A stretch of DNA of 64,000 nt, from NCBI RefSeq assembly GCF_009914755.1, contig NC_060939.1, one strand, 5' to 3'. How positions within the stretch are numbered: the stretch's first letter is position 1; every line of letters starts with the position of its first letter. Shown here piece by piece: positions 27,256-40,330 of the stretch. Made by a program: the position numbers and the translations under genes. This DNA is from the human T2T-CHM13v2.0 reference genome, Homo sapiens. Below the pieces are notes generated by a model. The model was not told where the DNA came from. It searched no databases and saw nothing but the letters and a program-made list of their open reading frames with translations.

Positions 27256-27880
27256 TTATATATATCTCCTTTTGTACTGTTTATTTTAGAATTGAGGGTA
27301 CATGTGCAAGTTTATTACAAAGGTATATCACCTGATGTTGAAGTCTGGGGTATGACTGAACCCGGCACCTAGGTGGTAATCATAGTACCCAATAGGTAGT
27401 TTTCAGCCCTTGCTCCCTTTTCTCTCTCCTGGCTCTAGTAATCCCCAGTGTCTATTGTTTCCATCTTTATGTGCATGTGGACCCAATGTTTAGTTCCCAC
27501 TTATAAGTGCGAACATTCAGTATTTGGTTTTCTGTTTCTGCATTTGTTTGCTTGGGATGATGGCCTCCAGCTGCATATACATTGCTTGATGAATATAAAG
27601 CATTCATGTAAAGACATGATTTCACTCTTTTTAATAGCTGCATGGTATTCTATGGTATATATGTACCATATTTTCTTTATCCAGTCCACTGCTGATAGGC
27701 TCCTGGGTTGACTCCAAGTTTTTGCTATTGTGAATAGTGCCATGATAAACATACAGGTGCACATGTCCTTTTGGTGGAATGATTTATTTTCCTTTGGGGC
27801 TATCCATATGCAGAAGAATGAAACTGGATCTCTACCTATCACCGTATAGAAAAATTAATTCAAGATGGATAAAAGACATA
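27256..27880 (-). mobile_element. L1PA15/16-like 3' fragment with inverted 5' piece (27798-27880 on +)
   Basis: gggtacatgtgcaag...catagtacccaataggtag antisense, switching at ~27798 to sense ggctatccatatgcagaagaatgaaactgg. Confidence 0.88.
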
Positions 27881-28039
27881 AGTGTCTGTCTCTCTACCGG
27901 GGCCTCAGCTCCTATCAGGAGGCCTGGCTCCAAAGGCTCTTTGCCTGGAGGTTCTGGTAACTTGCTGCCTCCTTTAGCTCCTTCAAGCCTCAGAGTGGAA
28001 ACAGATCCTACCTGGTAATAGCCCTGGGATGCTCCTTAA

Positions 28040-28255
28040 AGAGATGGCCTGGCAAACTAGTTCTCCAGAAGCAAAAATGAAAATCAAAAAACAAAAACAA
28101 AAGCCAGATGTGTAGTGTTTGCTGATTTCCAGGATGTAAGTGTTCCCACCATGGCTGATTTCAGACTATCAGCGTGGCGTCACTCAAGGCAGAGATGGGA
28201 AGGATCTCCCACAATCGACTGTCACAGCCTTGGTGAGCTGGCTGCAGCACCCAGC
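28040..28255 (-). mobile_element. MER63A (hAT)
   Basis: tgtagtgtttgctgatttcc...cccaccatggctgatttca...gtcact...gagctggctgcagcac. Confidence 0.75.
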
Positions 28256-29159
28256 CACTTCCCCACAGCCTGCTCACACCTTTCTAGTGTCTTTATTAGG
28301 CTCTGCACATATTACCCATTTTGACCTCACCGTCTGTTACCCGAGTGACACAATCTTCTTCTGAAATGGTGGGCCTTGTGTGCTCATACATATGTAGTGA
28401 TGCAGAAGCATCTCTGAAGCAGCACGATTTCTCTTGGGCCAGTTCCTACTGTTACAAGTTCTTCCACCAGCTACAGGGGGATTTGCTCCCCTGGGTCCCC
28501 TACTCGGAGTATCATGATGCTCCCAGTCTGTTTCCAAAGTGCAGGTACTGGAGCTCTCCTCTCTCCGATTAGGGGTCTACATACAAGTGAACGAGGGTGC
28601 TGTGGCTGGGTTCATACTGCTATTGAACCAGGGGCTGACAAATCCCATCCCATGACACGGAGGCAGCTGCCCTGAGAAACCTTGCTTGCCTGGGTCTGAG
28701 ATGGCTCCTCTCAGGCAGCCACTGCTCGTTTTTGTGAGGGTCTCTCCAGCAACCTTGAATCCACCCTTTAGTTTCAGCATTTGCTGGGCCTCGTGCTGCT
28801 GATGGACTCCATGTCAGGGCAGGTGCTCCTGTCTGAGGCTTCCTACTCTGAGCTGTCCTTTCTTTTCCCTTCCGGATCAGCTCCCTCTTTTTTTCTAGCC
28901 CTTTCAGGTCAAATAAGGGCTTCCAGCTAATTTGCTCCCACAAGAGATCTCAGTGGTTCATCGGGCAGAGTGTAGTGCCCTGGGATATCTCAGACAATGG
29001 AAATTAAAAAAAAAAAAAGAGCTTATTTACTTCCCTTGGGGCTAATTCAACTGTTACTACCATTGCTAGTGCTGCTGTTGGTCATAATACTCTGTAACAT
29101 TTATTAAGCACTTACTACGAGTCAGGTGCTGTCTAAGCACATTAACTTATTTAAAAACT

Positions 29160-29660
29160 TGTATCAGTCAGAGTTCCTGCCAGAAACAGATGGCACACTC
29201 ATATAATTGAAGAGGGTTTAATGAAGGAGTTATTTATCCCTGTAAATGTATAGTCAGGATTAAGAGAACCAAGTAGGAATAGTGTAGCATCATAGACTAC
29301 CAACAATGGGAAACATTACTACTCATCATGACAGGGAAGGAGCAAGGGGAGATAACAGTGTTCACAGAATTTAGAGGTGCAAGCTGTGAAGAGAAGCAGG
29401 TTCCCTACAGGAGCTGTGGTGACAGAAGTCAGCATCCACCTCCAAAATTAAGAGCTCAGTGAGTACGGAGTGGATGGACATATTGGGAGGTGATGAAGAT
29501 CCTGACCCATTTCTTTCCACCTGATGTTGGCTAAGCCCCATGGAAGTGAGAGGGCCCAAGAGCCAGGTGATACAATCCATAAACCTTAGCCTCTTGGATA
29601 TTGAGCACAGCAGAGAGGGCTGAAAATGAACCTCAGTGGGAATTGATATATACAGAACAA
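29160..29660 (-). mobile_element. LTR33-like ERVL LTR
   Basis: tgtatcagtcagagttcctgccagaaacagatggcacactca. Confidence 0.75.
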
Positions 29661-30485
29661 GCACTATCAACCCCAATAAATAAGTATGACCATCCATCAA
29701 CCTTAATATGCAAAGCAGCTGGATTTGAACCTAGGGAATTCAGTGGCAGAGCTTTTATACTGCATTCCAAGGCTCATGATGGAGTTTGCAGAAAAGGAAA
29801 GTGCTTCCATTTGCTCCAAATTAGTGTTCTCTTCCCCATTCCATTTCCAATGCCCAGAGATGTCATAGCCATGAAAATATGAATGCAAATTGACTTTTCA
29901 GAAGGTCACCCAAGAGGTCCATCCTGGGCTGGATAACTGCTGTGTATGTTGTGATAAAATCAGTCTGTCACCACTCATTTGGTACAAATGGTAGTTTCCA
30001 TTTGTTCATCTTAGTTCTGTTCCTTGGGGCTACAGAAACCAAGCCTGTTTCTCTTCTACCCGAATCCCTTTGCATGCGGACGTGCAGCCACTCTGCTTCC
30101 TTGCAAGCTCCTCTGCCTCATTGAGCCTTACTTCCCTCAGTTGTCTCTCTGCTGATGTTTTGGTTGCCTTCACTGAACAGAGCCCTTTCCCTGGCACATG
30201 GTTTGATATGCACCTCTCTTAAAGAAGACAATCCTCTTGTAGAAGTCCTCCTTTATTTGCATACAGGGAGGCAGAAGGAAGAATAGTTTTAGAGAAATTT
30301 TGGACCCATATTTTCAAAGGAAAAGGCTCTATATTTAAAATCCTTCCATGTTGCTGAGAGCAAATATAAACTCTTCCTCAAATAGATTTCATTTCTCTAT
30401 TAAGGTAGCAGAAAGCTACACATACATTGACTGAATTATTTTAACATCAAAACACCTTCCTAAAATGAAAAGGAAGCTCTCAACT

Positions 30486-30782
30486 ATTATTTATTTATTG
30501 AGACAGAGTCTCTCTCTGTCTTCCAGACTGGAGAGCAGTGGAGCCACAATGGCTCACTGCAGCCTCGACCTCCCAGACTCAAGTGATCCTCCCCCTTCAG
30601 CCTCTTAAGTAGCTAGGAACACAGGCATTCTCCACCACGCCTGGCTAATTTTTAAAATTTTTGTAGAGATGGGGTCTTCCTATGTTACCCAGGCTAGTTT
30701 CGAACTCTTGGGATCGAACGATCCTCCTGACTCGGCCTCCCAAAGTGCTGGGATTACAGGTGTGGGCCACCACGTCTGGCTC
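30486..30782 (-). mobile_element. AluJ
   Basis: gctcactgcagcctcgacc, tttttgtagagatggggtct; TSD ctctcaact. Confidence 0.93.
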
Positions 30783-31139
30783 CTCTCAACTTTTATAAGA
30801 AAGATCACTCAAAAACTTTCTGCAAAATTTTGTACAACCACCACCACCATAGGCAACCTCTATGGTGTGATCTTTCCTGATAATGTGTCATTTCTCCTTT
30901 GATAAGCTAGTGAGAGCTGTAAAGATATCTTCTCTTTTTGACTTGACTTACAGGAAGTTCCGTGTTAATTTGTTCATGCAACGGTTGTAGTAACTTACTT
31001 TACCTCAGGCCTTCTGGTACTAGTCTTGTTGCTGCATCCTGACTTTAATTGCTCTACAAAAATTGTGTCCTTCATTCTTTGATTAAGTAAGCTAGTGATA
31101 ACAGTAATTAGTTCTATGTCTAGTAAGTTGACATAGTGA

Positions 31140-31550
31140 TTTTTATATTCTTTTCTGATCCTTACATCAACCCTATGAGGCCTACTGAACTACTGCCATT
31201 TTGATGTTTTTAGATAGCATTCAGGGAGGTGAACTAATTTGGCCCAAGTCACTCAGCTTGTAAGGAGTGGCCCCTGTAGAGAGAATAGCAGAGTGAGAAA
31301 AATGATTTTTGAGCTCTGCAGTCTGTGTGGTGCATGTATCGGTTCATGCCAAGTCCACTTGACCTTGAGCAAATCACTTACCTGAGCCTCCCCTATGTAA
31401 GCTTCACTGTTCTCATCTTTAAAGTGGGAATAATGCTTGTACCTACTTCACAGGACTCTTTGAAAAACAGAAATGAGATAATCCATGAAAGCACTCAGCA
31501 TACCTGATGCTTAGTAAGAACCCAGGAAATGCTAATTATGATGATGATGA
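31140..31550. mobile_element. Two MIRs (minus ~31140-31275, plus ~31280-31550)
   Basis: aaccctatgagg; gaccttgagcaaatcacttacct...ctcatctttaaagtgggaataat. Confidence 0.75.
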
Positions 31551-33038
31551 TGAATAGTATTTAATCTAATTCCAGGCTGTCTTCATTTTGCCTAAGGCTA
31601 GCCTTCTTTATACCACTATGTTACCTTTCAGAGGTTATAAACAAATGGTAAGCATACTGCATTCAAAAGTTTCTTTTTTCTGAATGTATATATATATGTT
31701 CCTCCCCAGACCTGATGTCAACTTGCAATCCAGCAGACCCTTGAGTTACACAATATAATTGGAGAAAGCTGCTGGCCAGGAGCAAGTTTTAGTCATGGAC
31801 TGATGCCACAGAGGAATGGGCTGCATCAGCACCCAGGGGAGGGATGGGGCTGATGGTACTGCTGGGATAGGTGCTCTTGCCTTACACTAGCACCTCCTCC
31901 AAGAACAGCTCCCTCTGTCATTTTGGCAGCTGCTGCTCTCACAGTGCCTTCTGCAGGGCCCATTACTTTACTGGAAGACACCCCAGTTCAGAATTTACAA
32001 ATAAAGAAATAGGCTACTTGGATGGGCCACTTCCCTTTCTGGGCTCTGTTTCCTGATAAGTAAAGAGGATGGGTGGTGGTGAGAATGGACACCAGGATTT
32101 CAAAGTGCCACTGTTTGACCCCAAAACCAATGTGACCTCTCTGTAGGGAAACTGGCTAAAAGGCCCCCAGGACTGAAACATCTCCTCCACCTACTGGCCT
32201 GTCCCAGCTCTCTCTAGCACGTTCTATGTAAGGACATGGGGTCACCTGGGAGGCACAAGAGAATACGAAGATTCATTGATAAGATTAACACCCATTGTCA
32301 ATTGCTGACTCTAGAGAGAGGGGAAATTTGAAGGATCAAGTCACATATTTGTAGAGTTTGAAGGCCGAGCGTGGGGGAGTGGAATTAAAATAATAACATA
32401 TGATGTTACATTTTACAAAGCATCGCCTCATGCATTATCTTTCATTCCCCTGACAAATTCAGGACATAGGTGTTGTTGTGTGAGTTGCTTAAGACCACAC
32501 AAGTAATAGTCTGAGAATTAAACCAGAATTTACAGCTCAAAAACCAAGAGATGCTCCATTACACCGCCCACATTTTTATAGCTCAGCCCAGAGTTCAGGT
32601 TTTTCTGAACTATATATGTGTTATATATTTAAAAATTTGACAGATCTACTTCCCCCATTTTCCAAGACAGTCTATAGACATGACAAAACACAAAGTTCAG
32701 GGCAGACAACCATGTTCAACAATAGATACTGCAGAGGTGGCCTGGAGGTGGGGTGATGTTGGAACCAGCTGGTTAAAGTTTCAATACTGTTGCCTTGACT
32801 TTCAAACTGGCTATCATCACATCTACTCACTCCTCACCCATGGGATCCAATCAGTCCTTCTGAGGTTTGGGCTTATATCTCATTTCACAGCTGTGTGACT
32901 GAATTTTGTGTCTCTGCAGGTTTTGCTTGTTCAGACACCTCAAGCTGTCAAGTGGCATGTCATCTCCCCGGCAATGAGTCACAGACCTGTAAAACCTGAG
33001 TGCTGTGCGGGCTTTCTGAGAGGCACCGTAGTGTCGAT

Positions 33039-33215
33039 CAATGGTCCTCAAAGTTTAGTGTGCATCAGAATCCTCCGGAAGGCCTATTAAAGCACAGATG
33101 CTGCCCCCCTTACCTCCCGGAGTTTCTGGCTCAGGTGGTCTGGAAGGGGACTGAGCGTTTGCGTCTCTAACAAGTTCCCAGGTGAGGCCGATGCCACTGG
33201 CCCAAGAACCATTAA
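33039..33215 (+). mobile_element. MER5A
   Basis: gtgcatcagaatc...tctaacaagttcccaggtga. Confidence 0.85.
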
Positions 33216-33229
33216 TACCAAGGTGGAGT

Positions 33230-33490
33230 AAGGTGGAGCTTTAGCATTGCCAAGATTTTGGTGCAGTCTTGGTTCAGCTTCTTAGACAAATTGCCAGACC
33301 TCCTGGAGGTTCAGGCTCCTCATTTTGCAAGTGATGATAATAGCATCTACTCCACAAAATTACTGAAAATGTTAAATGAGATGGCCCATGTGTAACCCAG
33401 GGGGCAGATGTTCCCTGAATCATCAGGCTGTGACCATGCAAATGGCAGAACTCGGCACACCCAATAATAGTGGACACCCAATAATAATTC
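33230..33490 (+). mobile_element. MIR
   Basis: ctcctcattttgcaagtgatgataatagcatctac...ttaaatgagat. Confidence 0.6.
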
Positions 33491-35064
33491 ACTTGTAGAA
33501 AAGCATCCATAAGCACCTAGAGTCTGAAGAAGATTTGAAGAGGAAGTTTACATCACACCCCACAACCAACAACTGGAAGTCCCTCCTTCAACATTCTTGT
33601 TCTCCCAACCTCCTTCCTTGGCCTGTTAGCCATGACCTTTTATCCCTGACCCAGACTGATGGAGGTCCCCAGTGACACTGGATGTCTTCTCTCCATTGTT
33701 CACAACTTTAATTTCTTTCACATTGAAGGAGACAGAGTAATTTACCTCTCTGCTAGCCTTTCCCCTCCCACTCTTGTCATGGCATTTGTACAACAAGTCG
33801 CCTCCAGTTAGGAGCACGCACCTTCCTGCAGGAAGCTCTTGGCCATCTTTTGTGACTTGAGTTTGCCTTTTTCTTAGTAGAGCATCTACCCCGTCCTCAT
33901 CTCCCCTACATTGGTCTCCACCCAATTAAAAGAATAAAGTATCTTCCCTGTCCCTGCAAGTTATTATAGAGCTGTTTTCTCAAGGAAGAAATAGTTTAGG
34001 GGAGAGGCAAAACAAACAATACCTGGTGGCACTTGGGCCTTCTTAGACACAGTCCCAACCTCCCGCATCTCCTCCTAAGGGGTCTGAAAGGACTTGCTTC
34101 TGACATGCCATTAGAAGATTCTTCCCTGGATCTGATGGCTCATAGGGCAGGGGTTGTCCTCACCCTCTGTCTGCTGGCTGATGCTTCCAGCCCCTCCAAG
34201 CATTTATCTGTCAGCAGGATCTCTCAGAGTGCACTGGAACAGTGTGGCATTACAGCTCCCTAGGCTGATTAAACCCACAGCCTGAGGCTGCCCTCTTCCT
34301 CCGCCATGGAGCCAGGGCCCACCCTTCGGCCTCTCACTCTCACAGCCAGATGATACTGGCACTTCTCTCTGGTGTCTCAGCCACCATCAAGAAAATGAGT
34401 CTCCTGTCTCTCAAGCCATTCCCCTCCCTTTGAAAATCTCGCTCTGCATCCTCTCATGTATTTCCGATTGGAAGCTCTGGTTCCAATACACCTGCTCTTG
34501 TCCTCCATGGGCTTTAATTATCACCGCCCTCCCATTTCTCTCTAATTTAAAACTAGCTTCATGAAAAGCAAGACCTAGGGAATCCCAATCCCTGCCTCGC
34601 TGGGAAGCGAGCTATGTCTTCCAATCATGATTGCCCTAAATGGCTCTCACTCTGACTTACTCCAGCAAGCCTCATTTTTCAAACCATATCCCAAATCTCC
34701 ACATCTCTTAGTTTGTTGCCACTGTCTCATAAATCCAAAAATGAAAGCAACAGTGTTTTTATTTTTCCCTCTTGGGGCACATTGGCCACTAAGGTCTAGA
34801 GGGTCTCCACATATCAAGTACCCCTATGAGCACTCAGCCATAGCAATTGAGGAGCTGTTGACTTTGGGGCCATGTTTGTTGCCTGAGGTTGGATCCAGTG
34901 AGCTTTGCATTAATCTTCTTTGATTATACACCCACGTGTCCCTTGGCCTCTCCCAAAGAGGCGAATTTATTTAATTATCTTACTCTTGTGGTTGGAGGAG
35001 CTTAGGATTTGATTTCAGAAAAATGTATGAGTTCACATGTGATAAGCTGCTAACCAGTTTGTTT

Positions 35065-35359
35065 TTGTTTTTGTTTTGACACAGGACCTCCCTCTGTCGC
35101 CCAGGCTGGAGGGCAGTGGCGTGATCTCAGCTCACTGCAACCTCCGCCTCCCGGGTTCAAGTGATTCTCATGCCTCAGCCTCCTGAGCGGCTGGGATTAC
35201 AGGTGCCTGCTACGACACCCGGCTAATTTTTAAGTTTTTAGTAGAGATGGGGTTTCACCATGTTGGTCAGGCTGGTCTTGAACTCCTGACCTCAAGTGAT
35301 CAGCCCATCTCGGCTTCCCAAAATCCTCATATTACAGGCATAAGCCACCGTGCCTGGCC
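35065..35359 (-). mobile_element. AluSx/Sz-like
   Basis: Full dimer; 19 bp TSD gctgctaaccagtttgttt at 35046-35064 and 35360-35378. Confidence 0.95.
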
Positions 35360-36504
35360 GCTGCTAACCAGTTTGTTTGGAAAGACTGTTTCACCACTCA
35401 GCCTATGTCCTTGTCAAAAAGGGATCATAAAATAGGGCTCATGCTAACATCTACTTTAGAAAAAGATTGAGAGAATTAAGGTGTATGTGAAGCCTTTTGC
35501 AAATATTTGGTACTTTTAACAGGTGCTTCTTTTATTTCTAGGTGCACTCACCTATTCTTTCTTCCGAGGTTTCTTCTCCAGCCAATACATAACTGAGCAT
35601 TTGGGCATATGAATAAAGTAGGATATTCTTTTGTCAATTTTACTCCAGGTGACTAGGCTGCCCTGCTCCCATGGAGCGAAACACGTCCAAGTTGTTGTCA
35701 CGTTAATCACAAGCCAACTGGGAGCAGGCTATTTACACTGTGTCACTTCCTCCAAGATTCGATTACTGTAATTGCCTATTGACTATGTGGTCTGCCAGCT
35801 TCCACACCAGCTCCAGCTGTCAGGGTTGGGAGCAGGGGGCAGTTTGTATCATGGCGAAAGAGGACGCTTCCACATCTACACCAAACCAGCTTCTGAGCCT
35901 GCCTGTCCATCATTCCCAAGCCCTTGTTTAATGTGCTGGTCCTCAAATTGCTCCTTTTCCCTTTGTTGGTCTGGTATAATGCATCCCTGGCCACGGATAT
36001 CTCTCTGCATTTTGCCTTGGATTCTGTGATCAAATCCTGCCTAATAGAATTATCCAAGGTTATACAGAATCTTGTTTAAAGATATGTCTTTTCATTTGGA
36101 ATTGTCTGATGCCCTCACTGTATTTTTTTTTTAATTTAAGCTTTCTGCTTATCTCATGCTGCTTAAATTGATTTTTATGAATCATTTGGCTTCTCTACTG
36201 ATTTTTCCATTTTATTTCATTAGTGTTTTTTTTTGTGGGGAGGGTGCTAGTGACCGTTCATTGTTTGCTTTTTCAGTCAACCAAGTTATGGGCTATCAGA
36301 CTTTCACCCTCAGCTGGGGAGCCAGGTGCAAACTTTCATTTTCTTCAATATATAAATTGGTTCGGAAGAGGATTCATGAATGAATTTAATTCCTGCCATT
36401 TCAGGCATGAGTGCACTATTCAACCTCCCTGCTGATGCCTCAGCCTAACTTTACACAAGTTGTCCCATGTTCAGTTGTCATCCAGAACGGAATTTGGCTT
36501 AAAT

Positions 36505-36521
36505 CACTGCCATCTACTGCG
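36505..36521 (-). promoter_or_regulatory. Candidate CTCF site
   Basis: Minus strand cgCAGTAGATGGCAGTg matches the core CASYAGRKGGCRSY at all 14 positions, in unique DNA. Confidence 0.5.
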
Positions 36522-36832
36522 ATTGCCGCAGACAAATCTTTCCAGTCATCTAGCTCTCAAATGAAAAGTAATTCCTCACTGCCCATTTGATGGAGGGTAA
36601 TGAGGTGCTGTTTCTACGAGATTACTTACCCAATGAGACAGGAGGGCTTGTTTGGAAAGACGTAGACAGGACCCCAGATGGCTCTGGCTGAACACTTCTG
36701 GAGAATTGAGCTAGCATTTTGGCAGAGAGAAGTCAATGCTTTTTCTCCTCCCTTTAAGCCCCAATAAATTAATGCAGCTGTTTGTCTTTATAAAATCCTC
36801 TTCAGCATTTTCATTGTCCCCAGTGCCTAGAG

Positions 36833-37018
36833 CAGTGATTCTCTAACTTGAACACCCATCAGAATCACTAGCACATCTCACCAAAACACGGATCCCTGGG
36901 TCCCACCCCCTGAGTTATTAATTCAATAGGTCTGCCTTGGGACCCGATGGTTTGCATTTCTAACAATTTCCCACGTGCTGCTGCTGCTGGTCTAGATACC
37001 GCACTTTAAGAACCATTG
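36833..37018 (+). mobile_element. MER5A
   Basis: cagtgattctc...catcagaatcac...tttgcatttctaaca...ctttaagaaccattg; 8 bp TSD gcctagag / gcctggag. Confidence 0.9.
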
Positions 37019-37029
37019 GCCTGGAGTAT

Positions 37030-37540
37030 GTAAAGCCAGCAAGCCATTGTTGCAGCCCTCAATCATTTGGCTGCTTTCTCCTGTTCCAGTCTTGTCTTCC
37101 ATTGCTACCACACACTGACCATTCACTGGATCTTTCATTCATTCACTCACTTAGCATATATGTATCTGTGGATAATAAATCCCTTATAGTTCTTGAAAGC
37201 AGCAAAGTACCACCCATTTCTTGCCTTTGCTGGTTGTTGTCAACTATCCTTCATCCCCACCTCACCTGTCTGGCTCATCCCAACTCATCCAAGTTTTATG
37301 TCAAACACTAACTTCTCTGTGAATCCGTTCCTTTCCCAGTGAGTCAGCACTTTCATTTTGCCACTACTGGACTTTGCATGATTCCCCATCATAGCACTTG
37401 TTACTTTGTATTTTGGCTGTTTCTTTATACATTTTTGCCCTTGCTACACTGACTTTCTGAGGGCAGAGTTTGTAATTTAATTATCTTAACTCCAGACCTC
37501 ATACAATGCCTACCTCATGTTTGCTGCTCTGCATATGTTT
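37030..37540 (+). mobile_element. L2 3' region
   Basis: catagcactt...ctgagggcagag...caatgcct. Confidence 0.65.
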
Positions 37541-37545
37541 GTGGG

Positions 37546-37894
37546 TGTATTAGTCGGTTTTCATGCTGCTGATAAACACATACCCAAGACTGGGAAGAAA
37601 AAGAGGTTTAATGGACTTACAGTTCCACATGGCTGGGGAGGCCTCACAACCATGGCGGAAGGCAAGGAGGAGCAAGTCATGTCTTACATGGATGGCAGCA
37701 AGCAAAGAGAGAGAGCTTGTGCAGGGGGATCTCCCCTTTTTAAAACCATCAGATCTTGTAAGACTTATTCACTATCATGAGAAGAGCATGGGAAAGACCT
37801 GCCCCCATGATTTAATTACCTCCCACCAGGTCCCTCCCACAACTCATGGGAATTCCAGATGAGATTTTGGTGGGGACCCAGCCAAACCATATCA
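37546..37894 (-). mobile_element. THE1C-like solo LTR
   Basis: tgtattagtc...cagccaaaccatatca; perfect 5 bp TSD gtggg. Confidence 0.95.
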
Positions 37895-38149
37895 GTGGGA
37901 TTGATTATTTCATGGCAGGGACATCCACTTGATTTAATTAACTAGGAACTTGGGATTGAATGTGATTCCGTTTGATAGACGGGCACACTGTTTGTCAGTT
38001 GGAGTCCCGTGTAAGTGAAGCTCAAGGAAGAGTGCTTGTCCCCTCATAGGTCTGGTTGCTTCACCTTATTCCATGATCTCAATCTACATCTCTAATAATC
38101 AGTAAGGAGCTGAGCCAGAAAGCAGAGATGTTTGAGATTGTTGTATGTT

Positions 38150-38515
38150 TGAATAGTATTCTATAACATTAAAACATGTTCACATCCATTATCTTAGTAA
38201 ATCCTGAAAAATGGTCCTATGATGTACTATGATGCTCAGGTAGACACAACTCATCATTTGGTTTGGAAAAATTACTCTATGCAAAGAGCCTTCAATACAG
38301 TGATCAGGAGGTGAATAGCAGTCCAGGTCAGGGATGGAGAGCACAGGAGGAGAGTGGGCACTGCTTTGGGCAAAGAAAGTGTCCAGGACTGGACTTAGGA
38401 AGCATGAGTTCCTTGGTCATGATCCACTTATGGATCTCTCAGTCTCAGTTTCTTCATCTGTAAAATGACCTAGCTGACTTCTCAGGTCTCTTCCAGCCTT
38501 AAAAATCCTGTGATA
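38150..38515. mobile_element. MIR fragments (minus then plus)
   Basis: tctcagtctcagtttcttcatctgtaaaatg. Confidence 0.65.
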
Positions 38516-39039
38516 AGATCTTTAGACTAAAAAAGAGGTTCATTTACAAATTCCCAAATGAACCCTTCAAAGGCAATGCTGGCTTCAGATTGACATTCTC
38601 CAGAACTGTCACAGCTTATTCTCCAGTGTGCATCAGGCCACGCCTCTGAGGGAAGGGGCTAAGAGAATACAGGTTAGTTCCTAGGTGGAATGCTCACTGA
38701 GGATGTTTTTAAAAATAGACTTTGGAATGGAACTGAGCTCAGATTCATCCCAGACTTTGTTCTGCGCACTGCCGGTATTGGTCTTGGTTTTCCAAAGGCC
38801 AAGAATTTTATAGCGTATTTTCCTCTTTGGGGACCTCCATACATGAACACAAAGCTCAAATGCTCACTGGAAGTTTCTCCTAACTCATGGCTTCAGTGAA
38901 TAACTCAGTGCTTCTGACTGTCCAAGCAAGATTTCCAGCCCTGATCCCTGCTGGAGCTGCTCAGCATTCATGCTGTGTGCTCTACCTGTTACTGCAGAAG
39001 CAACATCTCCAAGGTAAACCTATCTCACCTGCCTAATAA

Positions 39040-40330
39040 GCTCTACTTTCTAGGGTTCTCCAAATCTTTTAATAGAATCCTGTTACCTACGTTTAAAATG
39101 ATGGATTCCTCTTTGACTCCCACTTCTCCTCACTCTATATTCTAAAGGTCCCATCCATTTGTTTCTGGGTTATTTCTGCTCCTCTTTCCTGCCTTTATCT
39201 CACTCCACTGTCCTAGTACAGGTCTCTACATCTTGCCTGGAGTTGTGTAGCTGGCTTCCTTTAACATCTATTTCTCTGGCTACAACCTGTCCGTCCTTTG
39301 GAAGTCGACTCTGAGGATCCATGAACAGGTAATATATTACAGAAGGGCTTCTGAGAGAAACTGGTAAGGAAGTGCAAGAAGCAAGACAGGTAATGCAAAG
39401 AAACTACGCAGGATGGATTTCACGCAAAGTCTCAACCTCAGCCTGGTCCTGTGGGGGAGCTCTGGAGTGTAAATTACACTTCAGAGTTTGTGCCAACTGA
39501 AGGGAAGAAAGCCGGGCCTTCATATCTCCACACTGTCAGTCATTGGCTAAGGGCCGCCCCAAGGGATGTTAAGTCCCAACATTTTCAGCACTCTGCTTGT
39601 TTTGTCAAAGTACCTCCTGCAACCCAAGACAGGCATCCGAATAAAGTCAAAGGTGTGAGCTGTTAGAAGCAAAAATACAAATCTTGGGGTGGGCCTGTGG
39701 TGGGGTTGGGGGAGGGGCCAGAGAGAGCAAAAGCAGTCTGAGGGAACCTGGGCACTTGGCAGAGCATTGACAGTGTCCCCTATACTGACCTTCACGATAT
39801 GGCCAGCTTAACATTGCCATATTACTGCTCAGTCATTGCTTTACTTAGCAACCATTAATGCCTCCCTAAACTTTCTAATCTCCTTAACTACATCAAAGTT
39901 TCAATAATTTAGCACCAACAACTTATCTGTGCTTGCCTTTTTTCTTCACAAATCTTACATTTCTGACAGATTGGTTTAGTATTTAACATACAGATGAGAG
40001 CTCTGCAGCCTCTATGCCTTAGCCCACTCAGTTCCCTCTGCCTGGAATGGTCTTTAATCCACATCTGCAAATCTTACTCATCCTTCAAAGACCAGGAAAA
40101 CTTTTCTGATTATCTCCCAAGAGATGAGGTCTTTCCCTTTTTGGCTCTTCCCTAGCACTCTGTCTGTTCCTCGACACATGTATTATGCATGCAAGTGGTT
40201 GTCTCATCTCTCCTCTGGACCAATGGCCAGACTCACCATCTCATTTCTCTTTGCAGCCTTCCAGCACCAATCTCAGTGCTCAGGGCTTGGAAAACAAAGG
40301 ATGTTATAAATGCTTGTTGAATAAATGGTT
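39040..40330 (+). mobile_element. L2, interrupted by an LTR
   Basis: gttccctctgcctggaatg...tactcatccttcaaag...ttgttgaataaatg. Confidence 0.7.
39290..39785 (-). mobile_element. Old ERVL-type LTR (LTR40/41/50-like)
   Basis: gactctgag...ggggagctctggag...cagtcattggct. Confidence 0.55.

Larger units (their letters stand above)
27040..28352 (+). mobile_element. LTR33-like ERVL LTR, split by an L1PA and MER63A
   Basis: aggctaacc...tggccagtggggagccc...cagctcctatcagg...cacacctt...attacccattttga. Confidence 0.7.

Noticed and set aside
28370-28930. Possible ancient LTR or Gypsy remnant
   Set aside because: Texture is LTR-like but I cannot assign a family or termini.
27040-29660. Two LTR33 copies as the ends of one provirus
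   Set aside because: They are in opposite orientation, highly divergent, and have no internal ERV sequence between them.
33394-33407. CTCF-like aacccagggggcag
   Set aside because: Lacks the 5' CCA of the core and lies within MIR-derived sequence.
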